IMG/VR virus record: IMGVR_UViG_3300011339_000572
Coordinates: 1-33,418 of that record
Origin: a virus
Lineage: Duplodnaviria > Caudoviricetes
Reading direction: 5' to 3' (one strand)
Length of the DNA: 33,418 bases
The position numbers and the translations under genes are program-made. Shown in pieces: positions 1-7,799 of this stretch. Position 1 is the first letter of the stretch; every line of letters begins with the position of its first letter. The notes below the pieces were generated by a model, which was not told the DNA's origin, made no database searches, and worked only from the letters and a program-made list of their open reading frames with translations.

Positions 1-128
1 GGAGACAGAGCCTGGGAGATGATGGGTCAGGGGCCACTCGGCAGAGAGCATATCTTTGTGCTGACTCCGGGTCTGACGTTCCACACGCTGCAAGTTTACG
101 GCAGAGGGATGGCGGCAAATGTGCCGGT
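1..128. repeat. Terminal direct repeat / circular overlap, left copy
   Basis: 1-128 matches 33291-33418 with 8 substitutions (positions 7, 16, 32, 36, 37, 72, 79, 128). The reading frame is continuous across the junction. Confidence 0.95.
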
Positions 129-222
129 GTATCGTCAGGGGTGGGGCTATCTTCTTCGGCCATACTTCGGAGGGAATCAGAAGGCACCGCACGACATTGA
201 GATAAAGATGAAAGAACTATGA
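1..222 (+). CDS. 3' part of a 155-aa hypothetical protein spanning the circular junction (starts at 33045)
   Basis: In frame with the ORF starting at 33045. Ends ...GYLLRPYFGGNQKAPHDIEIKMKEL, with an ATGA overlap onto the next gene at 219. Confidence 0.85.
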   Translation, partial: GDRAWEMMGQGPLGREHIFVLTPGLTFHTLQVYGRGMAANVPVYRQGWGYLLRPYFGGNQKAPHDIEIKMKEL

Positions 223-554
223 CACCCGGCAACTACACCATACGAGCATACCGAGGCGATACGCTTCAGCTCACGTTCACCTTGACCGATGGCAGCAACT
301 TGCCCATCGACTTGTCAACGGCCACAATGCTGATGCAAGTGCGTACCCATCCGGACGGTGACCTGAAGATGACATTTTCCGAAGGTGATGGCCTGACGGT
401 AGGCGGAACGAACAACAACGTGGTCACGGTCAGCAAAGTGGTCGGTCTGGATGGCTGCGCTTATCAATACGACCTCCAGGCTACCTTTGCCACTGGTGTG
501 GTGGTGACTTATGTGCGCGGGGCTTTTGTAGTAACTGAAGACATAACGACATGA
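219..554 (+). CDS. Putative virion/tail accessory protein, Ig-like (BppU-N/LtfC-like)
   Basis: Beta-rich pattern RGDT...PIDLS...MQVR...YQYDLQ...G.FVV..DIT, typical of small phage tail-associated Ig-like proteins. ATGA-coupled at both ends. Confidence 0.65.
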   Translation: MTPGNYTIRAYRGDTLQLTFTLTDGSNLPIDLSTATMLMQVRTHPDGDLKMTFSEGDGLTVGGTNNNVVTVSKVVGLDGCAYQYDLQATFATGVVVTYVRGAFVVTEDITT

Positions 555-1060
555 GTGACGTAAATGTAACGGTGACCGGCACCTCAATCGGTGTACAAGT
601 AGGCCCGCAGTCATACTATTTGTCTGCATATTCGACCCAAGATCAAACCAATGCCGGCGCGACATCGGTCAACAAGATGACCTACAACACGACTGACTTC
701 AGCAATGGGGTCAGCATCGTCAGCGATTCGCGCATCACGATCGCCAATGCCGGCATCTACAACATCGAGTTCTCCGCTCAACTCTCAAAGGGTGACAGCG
801 GGGACGATACCATTCAGATATGGCTCTGCAAGAACGGCAGCAACATGGCCAACAGCAACACCGAGGTGACGCTGATTGGCAACAACGGCAAGCACCTTGC
901 TTCGTGGAACTGGTTTGTGAATGCTGCTGCCGGTGATTACTACGAAATTTGTTGGCACTCTTCTGACACCGCGGTGACCATAGACTACCAGGCTGCTGCC
1001 ACGACACCCACACGACCCGCAATTCCATCCGTAATTTTAACCGTCAATAAAATAGGCTGA
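551..1060 (+). CDS. Putative tail-associated protein with C1q/TNF-like beta-sandwich
   Basis: RITIANAGIYNIEFSAQL and AGDYYEICW resemble C1q/BclA-type heads. Lies in the tail module. Confidence 0.6.
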   Translation: MSDVNVTVTGTSIGVQVGPQSYYLSAYSTQDQTNAGATSVNKMTYNTTDFSNGVSIVSDSRITIANAGIYNIEFSAQLSKGDSGDDTIQIWLCKNGSNMANSNTEVTLIGNNGKHLASWNWFVNAAAGDYYEICWHSSDTAVTIDYQAAATTPTRPAIPSVILTVNKIG

Positions 1061-1266
1061 TGAGCTTTGATATGATAGTATGGGCAGTGGGGTCGATTGC
1101 GTCAGTCTTCGGCATCTATATGCGCATGGAGATGAAGTTGAAGGAACTTGACCTTCGCGTCAAGTCGCTTGAGAAGACCGATCAGAAGATGAACGACAAG
1201 CTCGACCGGATCATGGAGATTGTCGGTGAGATTCGCTTGGAATTAAAAGACAAAGCAGATCGTTAA
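1060..1266 (+). CDS. Small membrane protein, N-terminal TM + coiled coil (holin/antiholin-like)
   Basis: Hydrophobic N-terminus (MIVWAVGSIASVFGIY) then a heptad-rich charged region. First gene of the lysis cluster. Confidence 0.6.
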   Translation: MSFDMIVWAVGSIASVFGIYMRMEMKLKELDLRVKSLEKTDQKMNDKLDRIMEIVGEIRLELKDKADR

Positions 1267-1282
1267 TCATAAATACACAACA

Positions 1283-1459
1283 ATGACAAAGAACTGGAAA
1301 ACAACTGCCGCAGGCGTACTGGTGGCACTGCTGGCCGCCGCAACTTACTTCGGATGGCTGACTGAAGAGCAAGGTATGAGCATCACCTCCGTGCTGACGG
1401 CACTGGGCCTTATCGCCGCGAAAGATGGCAACGTGACTGGCGGTAGCGTAAAGCAGTGA
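1283..1459 (+). CDS. Putative holin, 58 aa, 2 TM (absent from the supplied ORF track)
   Basis: Translated by hand: MTKNWKTTAAGVLVALLAAATYFGWLTEEQGMSITSVLTALGLIAAKDGNVTGGSVKQ*. Two hydrophobic helices, A/C-rich leader, fills the gap between its neighbours. Confidence 0.8.
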   Translation: MTKNWKTTAAGVLVALLAAATYFGWLTEEQGMSITSVLTALGLIAAKDGNVTGGSVKQ

Positions 1460-1460
1460 C

Positions 1461-1916
1461 ATGCGATATATCTCAATTATCGCCATTTTTGGGTTGTTTT
1501 CATGCGATACCGTTCAAAAGTCGCTTCGTAAGAAAGAGGCGATTGACGCGGTCATTGCTGACTACGTGGCCCGCAATCCTCCCAAGAGTGACACGGTGTA
1601 TCTGCCAGGGGTGGAGCGCGTCAGGTATGATACGATCGTCAATGAGAACATCTACGTGGATACAATCCGCGTCAGTGACACGGTGTACATCCGGAAGGTC
1701 AGGTACCAGGATATCGTGAAGACCATCATGAAGACCGACACCATGTACCGCGTGCTGGTGGACGATGGCGGTGCTCTGCTCCTGAAGCGGCAACTCGACC
1801 GGCAGACCGGTGAACTTGATGCCAAGAGCAGGAACGCGAAGGCCCTGCTGATCGCCGTCATCATCTTATCGGTTGCACTGATCACCGCCGTGGCTATTCG
1901 TCTTTTCTCCCGCTGA
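1461..1916 (+). CDS. Lipoprotein with C-terminal TM, unimolecular-spanin-like
   Basis: Lipobox FGLFS-C15, repeated DT(V/I/M) beta motifs, C-terminal TM ALLIAVIILSVALITAVAI. Directly follows the holin. Confidence 0.7.
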   Translation: MRYISIIAIFGLFSCDTVQKSLRKKEAIDAVIADYVARNPPKSDTVYLPGVERVRYDTIVNENIYVDTIRVSDTVYIRKVRYQDIVKTIMKTDTMYRVLVDDGGALLLKRQLDRQTGELDAKSRNAKALLIAVIILSVALITAVAIRLFSR

Positions 1917-1966
1917 TACATAGTGCTTTTGTGTGTGTGTTCGCCCGGTCATTTCTATGACTGGGC
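1917..1966 (+). ncRNA. Candidate small RNA / 3'-UTR element: CAU + GU tract + UUUCUA-loop hairpin (copy 1)
   Basis: CAT at 1919-1921, then AGTGCTTTTGTGTGTGTGTT, then stem GCCCGGTCA (1943-1951)/TGACTGGGC (1958-1966) with loop TTTCTA. Same layout at 7883-7949. Confidence 0.45.
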
Positions 1967-1990
1967 AACCTCATTTGTGGCAACCTGAAA

Positions 1991-2035
1991 AATATTTAGA
2001 AAAATAGTTTAGAAATATTTGGAAGATATTGGAAG
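1991..2035. repeat. Degenerate tandem repeat ATA(G)TT(T)RGAAR x4 overlapping the early promoter
   Basis: AATATTTAGAAA, AATAGTTTAGAAA, ATATTTGGAAG, ATATTGGAAG in tandem. Confidence 0.5.
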
Positions 2036-2050
2036 AATGGTGTAGTTTTG
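2018..2050 (+). promoter_or_regulatory. Bacteroidota housekeeping-sigma promoter (early operon)
   Basis: TTTG (2018-2021), 21 nt spacer, TAGTTTTG (2043-2050): matches the -33 TTTG / -7 TAnnTTTG consensus in an AT-rich intergenic region. Confidence 0.8.
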
Positions 2051-2083
2051 ATCAATCAAACAATCACAAATAAAACAGACGCC

Positions 2084-2233
2084 ATGAAAAAGTACACGGT
2101 TTACTGCCAGTCAGGTCGCTTCTTTGAATCGTTCACTATTGCTGCTGATAATTACGAGGATGCCATTGCCATCGGCCGCCGTCAGTGCCGTCTTGAAGGC
2201 ATCCGCTTCCGCTCCGTTCGTCTCGCAAAGTAG
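2084..2233 (+). CDS. Hypothetical early protein, 49 aa
   Basis: ATG at 2084 after an A-rich leader. The track's TTG start at 2048 lies inside the promoter. Confidence 0.7.
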   Translation: MKKYTVYCQSGRFFESFTIAADNYEDAIAIGRRQCRLEGIRFRSVRLAK

Positions 2234-2255
2234 TCACCAATAAACACACACACAT

Positions 2256-2573
2256 ATGCACAGAGTAATCGCACGCACACGTTCGGCAGAGGTGCCGGAA
2301 GTTTTTGCTAAGAATTTTGTTCCGGATGGCATCCGGCAGGAAGCAGGCAAGTACATCATGTACTACCAGGAGTTCGAGACCGAATCAGAAGCCCGCTGCC
2401 TCATTATGCGCTCCATCATGAATCTCCACTGGTGGAAGGCTGATGAGATGAGGATGAAGATCATCGACTTCCTTTACCGAGACTATTATTGCACGGACAA
2501 CGTTTTCGTCACCTACGATGATACAGATCGCACTAAAACAATCAAAAATGCAGCTGAAGAAAGAAATCATTGA
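2256..2573 (+). CDS. Hypothetical protein
   Basis: 105-aa ORF preceded by a CA-repeat leader, in operon arrangement. Confidence 0.75.
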   Translation: MHRVIARTRSAEVPEVFAKNFVPDGIRQEAGKYIMYYQEFETESEARCLIMRSIMNLHWWKADEMRMKIIDFLYRDYYCTDNVFVTYDDTDRTKTIKNAAEERNH

Positions 2574-2766
2574 TGAATGGAACGTCCTTCGCGAGCCGGG
2601 GGATGTCAGGAAAATTGCCGAACTGGCAAAATGCTCAAAACAACTGATCTATCACACGTTCTACACCGGAAAATGTCGGGAGGAGCTATTCAACATCATC
2701 AGCCAGTTCTACATCGACCGCGCAAAGAATCTCCAATACATTCACTCTAAAATCAAATCGTTATGA
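2548..2766 (+). CDS. Small helix-turn-helix DNA-binding protein
   Basis: DVRKIAELAKCSKQLIYHTFYTG is HTH-like. Start moved to ATG 2548. Confidence 0.6.
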   Translation: MQLKKEIIDEWNVLREPGDVRKIAELAKCSKQLIYHTFYTGKCREELFNIISQFYIDRAKNLQYIHSKIKSL

Positions 2767-3074
2767 TAACCGTGATTGCTGCCACATTTGCCCTGCTCAT
2801 GCTCATCTTCGTCACTTACGCCGCCATCGAGTACCGCCGCGAGTACAAGGCCCGCATGGATGCCTTCACGCTTGAGGATGAGTTCGTGGCTGATTACCTC
2901 AACTGCCAGGATATCCTGAAGTGCGCCACCTACAAGGATGGGCAGAAGATCATCAAGGCATTCAATGACCGATGGAGCGGCATCATGACCCGTGACCGTA
3001 TTGACTACTTCGTCAAGACCATGACCGAAAGCCTTGAATATCGCATTATTTATAATCAGTTCTCTATCAATTAA
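2763..3074 (+). CDS. Membrane-anchored hypothetical protein
   Basis: N-terminal TM (ITVIAATFALLMLIFVTYAAI). ATGA overlap with the upstream gene. Confidence 0.75.
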   Translation: MITVIAATFALLMLIFVTYAAIEYRREYKARMDAFTLEDEFVADYLNCQDILKCATYKDGQKIIKAFNDRWSGIMTRDRIDYFVKTMTESLEYRIIYNQFSIN

Positions 3075-3094
3075 CGCCAATAAAATTAAAACAC

Positions 3095-3679
3095 ATGGCA
3101 CTTGGAAATTCAAACACAGCAATTTACTTGTCCGTATCTGACGGCAAGATTGTGCGCCGGTTCAAGGAACCGACCGCGCAAAGCAAGGCACGCACAAACA
3201 AAATGGGCAACACCGTGCATGAGGAGTCTTATGACTACGTTGAGGGCATGATCACCGGCATCACGGTCAGGGACTCCGATTACGGCAAGTTCTGGTGCGT
3301 CAACATTCAGGACGGCGCGGATGCTTACATCCTTCAGTTCCAGTACAGCGGAGGCAATGCCAACAGCTTTCTCAAGTCCATCCCGAACGCTGACCTCCGC
3401 AAGCCCATCCGCATCCGGCCGGCGGTTGAGATTGACGGCGATAAGAAGCGGAGCAAGCTGTTCCTCGTTCAAGATGACAAGGCCCTGCGCTGGTTCTGGA
3501 CGAAGGAGAATCCCGGTCAGATGCCGAACCTGAAGAAGATAAAGATTAAGGGCGTGGAGCAGTGGGATGACTCCGACATGATGGAGTACCTTGAATCCTA
3601 TGTGAAGGAGCACATCACGCCCAAGCTCGGCGGGGGTGACATTACAAATGCCCAGGAGGATGAGGATGTACCATTTTAA
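3095..3679 (+). CDS. Putative single-stranded DNA-binding protein
   Basis: Beta-rich body with an acidic SSB-type tail (AQEDEDVPF). Adjacent to the exonuclease. Confidence 0.6.
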   Translation: MALGNSNTAIYLSVSDGKIVRRFKEPTAQSKARTNKMGNTVHEESYDYVEGMITGITVRDSDYGKFWCVNIQDGADAYILQFQYSGGNANSFLKSIPNADLRKPIRIRPAVEIDGDKKRSKLFLVQDDKALRWFWTKENPGQMPNLKKIKIKGVEQWDDSDMMEYLESYVKEHITPKLGGGDITNAQEDEDVPF

Positions 3680-3704
3680 GTAAACTAATCAACACACACA
3701 CACA

Positions 3705-4469
3705 ATGAGCAAGTTTATCATTGACATGCAGGCCAAGCAACTGACGATGCTTGATGCCCGCTTTTACTACGCGGAGGGGAACTTTTACCCCTCCGTCACC
3801 ACCATTCTTGAAGCATACCCGAAGGATGCCGCCTATTTTAAGTGGATCAAAGAGGTCGGCACTGACGCTGATGTCATCAGAGACGAAGCCGGCCGGAGGG
3901 GGTCGGTAGTGCATGAGCTGACGGAGCGATATGACAATGGGGAAGAGGTCAGCCTGCTGAACATGGACGGGAACCTTGCGTTCAAGATGAGCGAATGGGC
4001 GATGTTTGAGAGGTACGTTGACTTTGTCACAAGGTTCAAGCCTGACTACTTTATGAATGAGCAGAACTTTGTCAGTCCTGCGCTGGGCTTCGCCGGCACC
4101 ATCGACCGCTTGGCTTGGCTTGATGGCAAGCTGACGCTCATCGACATCAAGACATCCAACAACATCCATGACAGCTATTGGCTTCAGCTCGCCGCTTACT
4201 CTGCACTGGTGCACGTCCTGACATCCTACAAGGTCGATCAGGTGGCCATCCTGCACTTGAACGCCAAGACCCGTACGCTGGGCACAAAGGGAGCCGTGCA
4301 GGGCATCGGATGGCAACTGCTGAAGAAGGACATTGAAGAGAGCTCCACAGACTACTGGCTGTTCAAGGTCACAAAGCAGCTTTGGGGGGCGCAGAATAAG
4401 GATGCCAAGCCACGCCAGGTCTCTTACACATTGACGCATAAAAAGCCATCCGATGGAAGCGTTCAATGA
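3705..4469 (+). CDS. PD-(D/E)XK superfamily exonuclease (RecB/Cas4-like fold)
   Basis: YPSVTTIL, RGSVVHE, GFAGTID, IDIKTS and LQLAAY motifs. Confidence 0.9.
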   Translation: MSKFIIDMQAKQLTMLDARFYYAEGNFYPSVTTILEAYPKDAAYFKWIKEVGTDADVIRDEAGRRGSVVHELTERYDNGEEVSLLNMDGNLAFKMSEWAMFERYVDFVTRFKPDYFMNEQNFVSPALGFAGTIDRLAWLDGKLTLIDIKTSNNIHDSYWLQLAAYSALVHVLTSYKVDQVAILHLNAKTRTLGTKGAVQGIGWQLLKKDIEESSTDYWLFKVTKQLWGAQNKDAKPRQVSYTLTHKKPSDGSVQ

Positions 4470-4842
4470 CCTCACATGCCCGAAATGCGTGTATCAGGGG
4501 CAACCGTTCATCACGTTCCATCTCAAGTCAGGCAAGATCGCCATCAATGGCGTGGCCGTTAAGATGATGGGCATCAAGGCCGGTGACATGCTTGAGTTCT
4601 ACCGCAAGGAGATAGATGGGTCGATGGAGTGGTATGTATCTCCGGTCACTGCCGGCGGCTTCCTGCTATCAAAGCACTCCGGCAGCAGGACGCTGGTCTT
4701 CACACGCAAGGAACTCATCCTCTCCATCTATAACAGCTTATTTTATGAAGGCGCGCGGGGAAGGGCTTATGTGCTTCGAAAGCGCAGGGTGGAAGATAAA
4801 TGGGTGTATAAATTGGACACATCAGAATTGAAAAATAAGTAA
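4453..4842 (+). CDS. Hypothetical protein, paralog of 5105-5491
   Basis: Aligns by eye with the 5105 protein (P.I...KSG...N..A...G...F...W...GF.L). Confidence 0.75.
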   Translation: MEAFNDLTCPKCVYQGQPFITFHLKSGKIAINGVAVKMMGIKAGDMLEFYRKEIDGSMEWYVSPVTAGGFLLSKHSGSRTLVFTRKELILSIYNSLFYEGARGRAYVLRKRRVEDKWVYKLDTSELKNK

Positions 4843-4845
4843 CAC

Positions 4846-5094
4846 ATGGCACAACAAACGGCAGTTGAATGGTTGATTGAACAAATATCAGAAAAGCAAC
4901 CAAATGGGTTTTACGTCATTGATACATTGGAAGATGTTAAAAGAGTATTTGAGCAAGCCAAACAAATGGAGAAGGAGCAGATAATGAAAAGTTTTGAATC
5001 ATCAAGAATACCTTACAAATATGATGCAAACCTGACATTAAATGGGTTTGAGGATGCAGAACAATACTACAACGAAACATTCGGTAAACAATAA
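4846..5094 (+). CDS. Phage hypothetical protein (QTAVEWL...AKQMEKEQI...AEQYYNETF type)
   Basis: Motif I recall as recurrent in Bacteroidota phage proteins. Visibly AT-richer than its flanks. Confidence 0.8.
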   Translation: MAQQTAVEWLIEQISEKQPNGFYVIDTLEDVKRVFEQAKQMEKEQIMKSFESSRIPYKYDANLTLNGFEDAEQYYNETFGKQ

Positions 5095-5104
5095 CACACA
5101 CACA

Positions 5105-5491
5105 ATGAAATTCAAGATCTACGACACAACAAATGTCAAGTCAGGAGTAAGAAGCTCGAAGCCCATGATTCGGATTGCACGCAAGAGCGGCACGGTAAAT
5201 TTCAACAAGGGTGCTGCTGCGCACTTCTCATTGGTCGAAGGCATGCGGGTTAGGTTCCTGCAGTCAGAGCAAGAGCCAGGGGATTGGTTTATCCAGTTCG
5301 GGCACAAGGATGGCTTTGCTTTGCGTCAGTCATCTGATAAGAGCAACTTTATCTTCAACTCTTCCGCAATGGTGGCAGAGATCATGAAGTCGGTTGAATG
5401 CTTTGATAAAGGGATGAACCTTGGCATCGGGGAGACCGTCACATACGGAAAGATTGAAGCAACAGCACTCATCACACTGAAAAACAAGTAA
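5105..5491 (+). CDS. Hypothetical protein, paralog of 4453-4842
   Basis: ATG 5105 directly follows AACACACACACA. Similar to the 4453 protein. Confidence 0.8.
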   Translation: MKFKIYDTTNVKSGVRSSKPMIRIARKSGTVNFNKGAAAHFSLVEGMRVRFLQSEQEPGDWFIQFGHKDGFALRQSSDKSNFIFNSSAMVAEIMKSVECFDKGMNLGIGETVTYGKIEATALITLKNK

Positions 5492-5492
5492 C

Positions 5493-5963
5493 ATGACACA
5501 AGAGCAACTTGACCAGATCGAAGCATGGCGCGAGAGCCTTGACGAGAAGCAAAATGATGAGCACATTGTGAATGCAATGTGGCTTGCGGAGGAAATGTGG
5601 GAGCGGCATCATAGCATTGTGAAGTTCGGCAACGATCACCGTGACTTCGGCACGTACATGATGGCATTTAGCATGGCACTTATGGAATCCATCTGGATGC
5701 CGCACGATATCATCAAAGCGATCACGGCTGATCTGGATGATCTGGACACAATGCCGGAAGAGTTTATCTGCATCCATAGGGAGTCACGCGGTGACTCTAT
5801 GGTACGCATGTCATACATGGGCACGACTGACCAGGATCATGACTATGAGAAGCGTTCGACATTGAAGATATGCGACACGAAGACAGAAGCCGAAGCACTC
5901 ACCGCCATCCTCAACCACGCAAACAAAGCCGGCCATGATGCAGTTACGAGGCTATCAGCTTGA
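5493..5963 (+). CDS. Hypothetical protein
   Basis: 156-aa ORF tightly packed between neighbours. Confidence 0.75.
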   Translation: MTQEQLDQIEAWRESLDEKQNDEHIVNAMWLAEEMWERHHSIVKFGNDHRDFGTYMMAFSMALMESIWMPHDIIKAITADLDDLDTMPEEFICIHRESRGDSMVRMSYMGTTDQDHDYEKRSTLKICDTKTEAEALTAILNHANKAGHDAVTRLSA

Positions 5964-7203
5964 CATTATCGAGAGGGGCACAGAGGTGCTCCTCTCTCAT
6001 TCCATCCTCTACCTTGCGATGGAGGTGCGGACGGGCAAGACCTTGACCTCGCTGAATATCGCAGAGAAAGCAGGAGCAACCTCGGTGCTGTTCGTGACAA
6101 AGAAGAAGGCGATGAGCAGTATCGAGAAGGACTACGAGAGTCGGAAGTTCACCTTTGAGCTTGACCTTGTCAATTATGAGGCACTGCACAAGTTGACGGC
6201 CGATGACATCGAGAGCTATGACCTTGTCATTTGTGATGAGGCTCACTGCCTTGGAGCGTTTCCGAAGCCATCCATCCGGACGCAGCAGCTCAAGCAGATA
6301 GTCGGCACCAAGCTGCTGATCCTGCTCTCCGGCACTCCCACACCAGAGTCGCACAGCCAGATGTACATGCAGATGTACATCTCCGAGCATTCGCCTTGGA
6401 AGCACTACCGCAACTTCTACGCATGGGCGAAGGACTATGTCACCGTAAAAAAGAAATATGTGTACAACCGGGAGTTGAATGACTACTCCAATGCCGATCG
6501 GGAGCGCATTGAGCGCGACATGAAGCATCTCATGATCTCGTTCACGCAGGAAGAGGCAGGCTTCGTCCAGAGCATTGAAGAGGTCAGGATGGAGGTAAAG
6601 ATGAAGGATGCCACCTATGACGCAATAAGAAGGATTTTACGCGACAATCTATTGAAGACAAGTCAAGGCATGGTCATCGCTGATACTGCCGCTAAATTGC
6701 AGCAGAAAGCGCATCAGATGTATAGTGGCACGGTCATCATTGATGAGGCTGATGACCTGACCGATAGTGAGACAAAAGCGCAAGTCTTCGATGTCACAAA
6801 AGCGGAGTTCATTCGTGACAACTTCAAAGGCCAGAAGATCGCCATCTACTACAAGTTCAAAGCCGAGGAGCACATGCTGTACCTTGTGTTTGGTGCACGC
6901 ATCACCAAGGACAGTGAAGAGTTCAATCAGTCAGGATCCGACCGCGTGTACATCTCGCAGATCCAAAGCGGCCGGGAAGGCGTGAACTTGTCATCTGCTG
7001 ACTGCATTGTTATGATGAACATTGACTTCGCTGCGGTCAGTTACTTCCAGGCAAGGGCAAGGCTTCAGAGCAAAGACCGAGAGCGGCCGGCGATGGTGTA
7101 CTGGGTGATGGCAGAAGGTGGCATTGAGCAGAAGATTTATGAGCGTGTGCTTGACAAGAAGGATTACACGCTTTGGCATTTCAAGCGAGATTTTTTGAGC
7201 TGA
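5935..7203 (+). CDS. Superfamily 2 (SNF2-like, DEAH) helicase
   Basis: Q motif LRGYQ, motif I MEVRTGKT, motif II DEAH, motif III SGT, motif V SGREGVNL, motif VI QARARLQ. Confidence 0.9.
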   Translation: MMQLRGYQLDIIERGTEVLLSHSILYLAMEVRTGKTLTSLNIAEKAGATSVLFVTKKKAMSSIEKDYESRKFTFELDLVNYEALHKLTADDIESYDLVICDEAHCLGAFPKPSIRTQQLKQIVGTKLLILLSGTPTPESHSQMYMQMYISEHSPWKHYRNFYAWAKDYVTVKKKYVYNRELNDYSNADRERIERDMKHLMISFTQEEAGFVQSIEEVRMEVKMKDATYDAIRRILRDNLLKTSQGMVIADTAAKLQQKAHQMYSGTVIIDEADDLTDSETKAQVFDVTKAEFIRDNFKGQKIAIYYKFKAEEHMLYLVFGARITKDSEEFNQSGSDRVYISQIQSGREGVNLSSADCIVMMNIDFAAVSYFQARARLQSKDRERPAMVYWVMAEGGIEQKIYERVLDKKDYTLWHFKRDFLS

Positions 7204-7239
7204 ATTTCACTCATTGTGAAATAATGTTGATAATTTCAC
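7204..7239. promoter_or_regulatory. Inverted repeat ATTTCAC-N5-GTGAAAT plus a third half-site; possible operator/promoter
   Basis: ATTTCAC 7204-7210, GTGAAAT 7216-7222, ATTTCAC 7233-7239 in an AT-rich intergenic gap. Confidence 0.4.
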
Positions 7240-7261
7240 GTTAATAGAAACAAACCACAAA

Positions 7262-7498
7262 ATGAAAAAGACAATTTTTATCCTCATGCTTACCTTCTCC
7301 CTATCCACCAACGCGCAGGCCGGTGGCATATGGGATGGCATCAAAGAAGCTGCCCGCGGAGTGGGCTGGATGTTCTACATGGAAGCCTGCAAGTTGACCT
7401 GGGCATTGTTCAGCGAGGAAGGTCTGAACATCGGCAACCTCAAGTATTATTGCACTCACCCGCAGCATGACATCCTGCACAAACCGAACAGAAAATGA
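7262..7498 (+). CDS. Small exported protein
   Basis: Sec-type signal peptide MKKTIFILMLTFSLSTNA-Q. Confidence 0.75.
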   Translation: MKKTIFILMLTFSLSTNAQAGGIWDGIKEAARGVGWMFYMEACKLTWALFSEEGLNIGNLKYYCTHPQHDILHKPNRK

Positions 7499-7557
7499 AA
7501 AGCAAAAACTGGCAGCTCGTCTGCGACTTATTCTGGTATCTGATCAAACACATCTGA
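7495..7557 (+). CDS. Candidate 20-aa microprotein MKSKNWQLVCDLFWYLIKHI
   Basis: ATGA overlap with the upstream stop. Its TGA ends 1 nt before the next ATG, filling the gap exactly. Confidence 0.5.
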   Translation: MKSKNWQLVCDLFWYLIKHI

Positions 7558-7558
7558 A

Positions 7559-7777
7559 ATGAAAAAGCACACACTTACAATCGCACTTTTAGCAACTTTG
7601 ACAATGTCATCCTGCTCATTGTTCCGGCACATTGAAGGCCCGCAGGCCGGCAAGCCGGAGAACTGGCATGACGTGCATCGCGGTGACCAGCGATTCATTG
7701 CAATCCTTGCAGGGTTCACCGTAGCGTTCATCATCGGCTTTATCGGGTCACAGACTGACCTGATGATAAAAAGATAA
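7559..7777 (+). CDS. Small lipoprotein with C-terminal TM
   Basis: Lipoprotein signal MKKHTLTIALLATLTMSS-C and C-terminal hydrophobic FIAILAGFTVAFIIGFIG. Confidence 0.75.
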   Translation: MKKHTLTIALLATLTMSSCSLFRHIEGPQAGKPENWHDVHRGDQRFIAILAGFTVAFIIGFIGSQTDLMIKR

Positions 7778-7799
7778 TTACCTCGGATGGTTTGAGGCA

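Noticed and set aside
1-128. Imperfect repeat with 33291-33418 as a DGR template/variable repeat pair, or as a true terminal repeat
   Set aside because: No reverse transcriptase is present. The mismatches are not adenine-specific (mostly A/C and G/T swaps), and the copies sit at the contig ends inside one continuous gene. Assembly overlap with read-end errors or strain variation is simpler.
1943-1966. TTTCTA hairpins as Cas12a-like repeats or a mini CRISPR array
   Set aside because: Only six nt resemble the Cas12a repeat, they lie in the loop rather than the stem, and the two copies are 6 kb apart.
3705-4469. Cas4 / CRISPR-associated gene
   Set aside because: No Fe-S cysteine cluster, no other cas genes and no repeat-spacer array. 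It is an ordinary phage PD-(D/E)XK exonuclease.
5935-7203. Helicase as a pseudogene because motif I reads MEVRTGKT
   Set aside because: GKT, DEAH, SGT and the C-terminal motifs are intact and the frame is uninterrupted. Treated as a variant.
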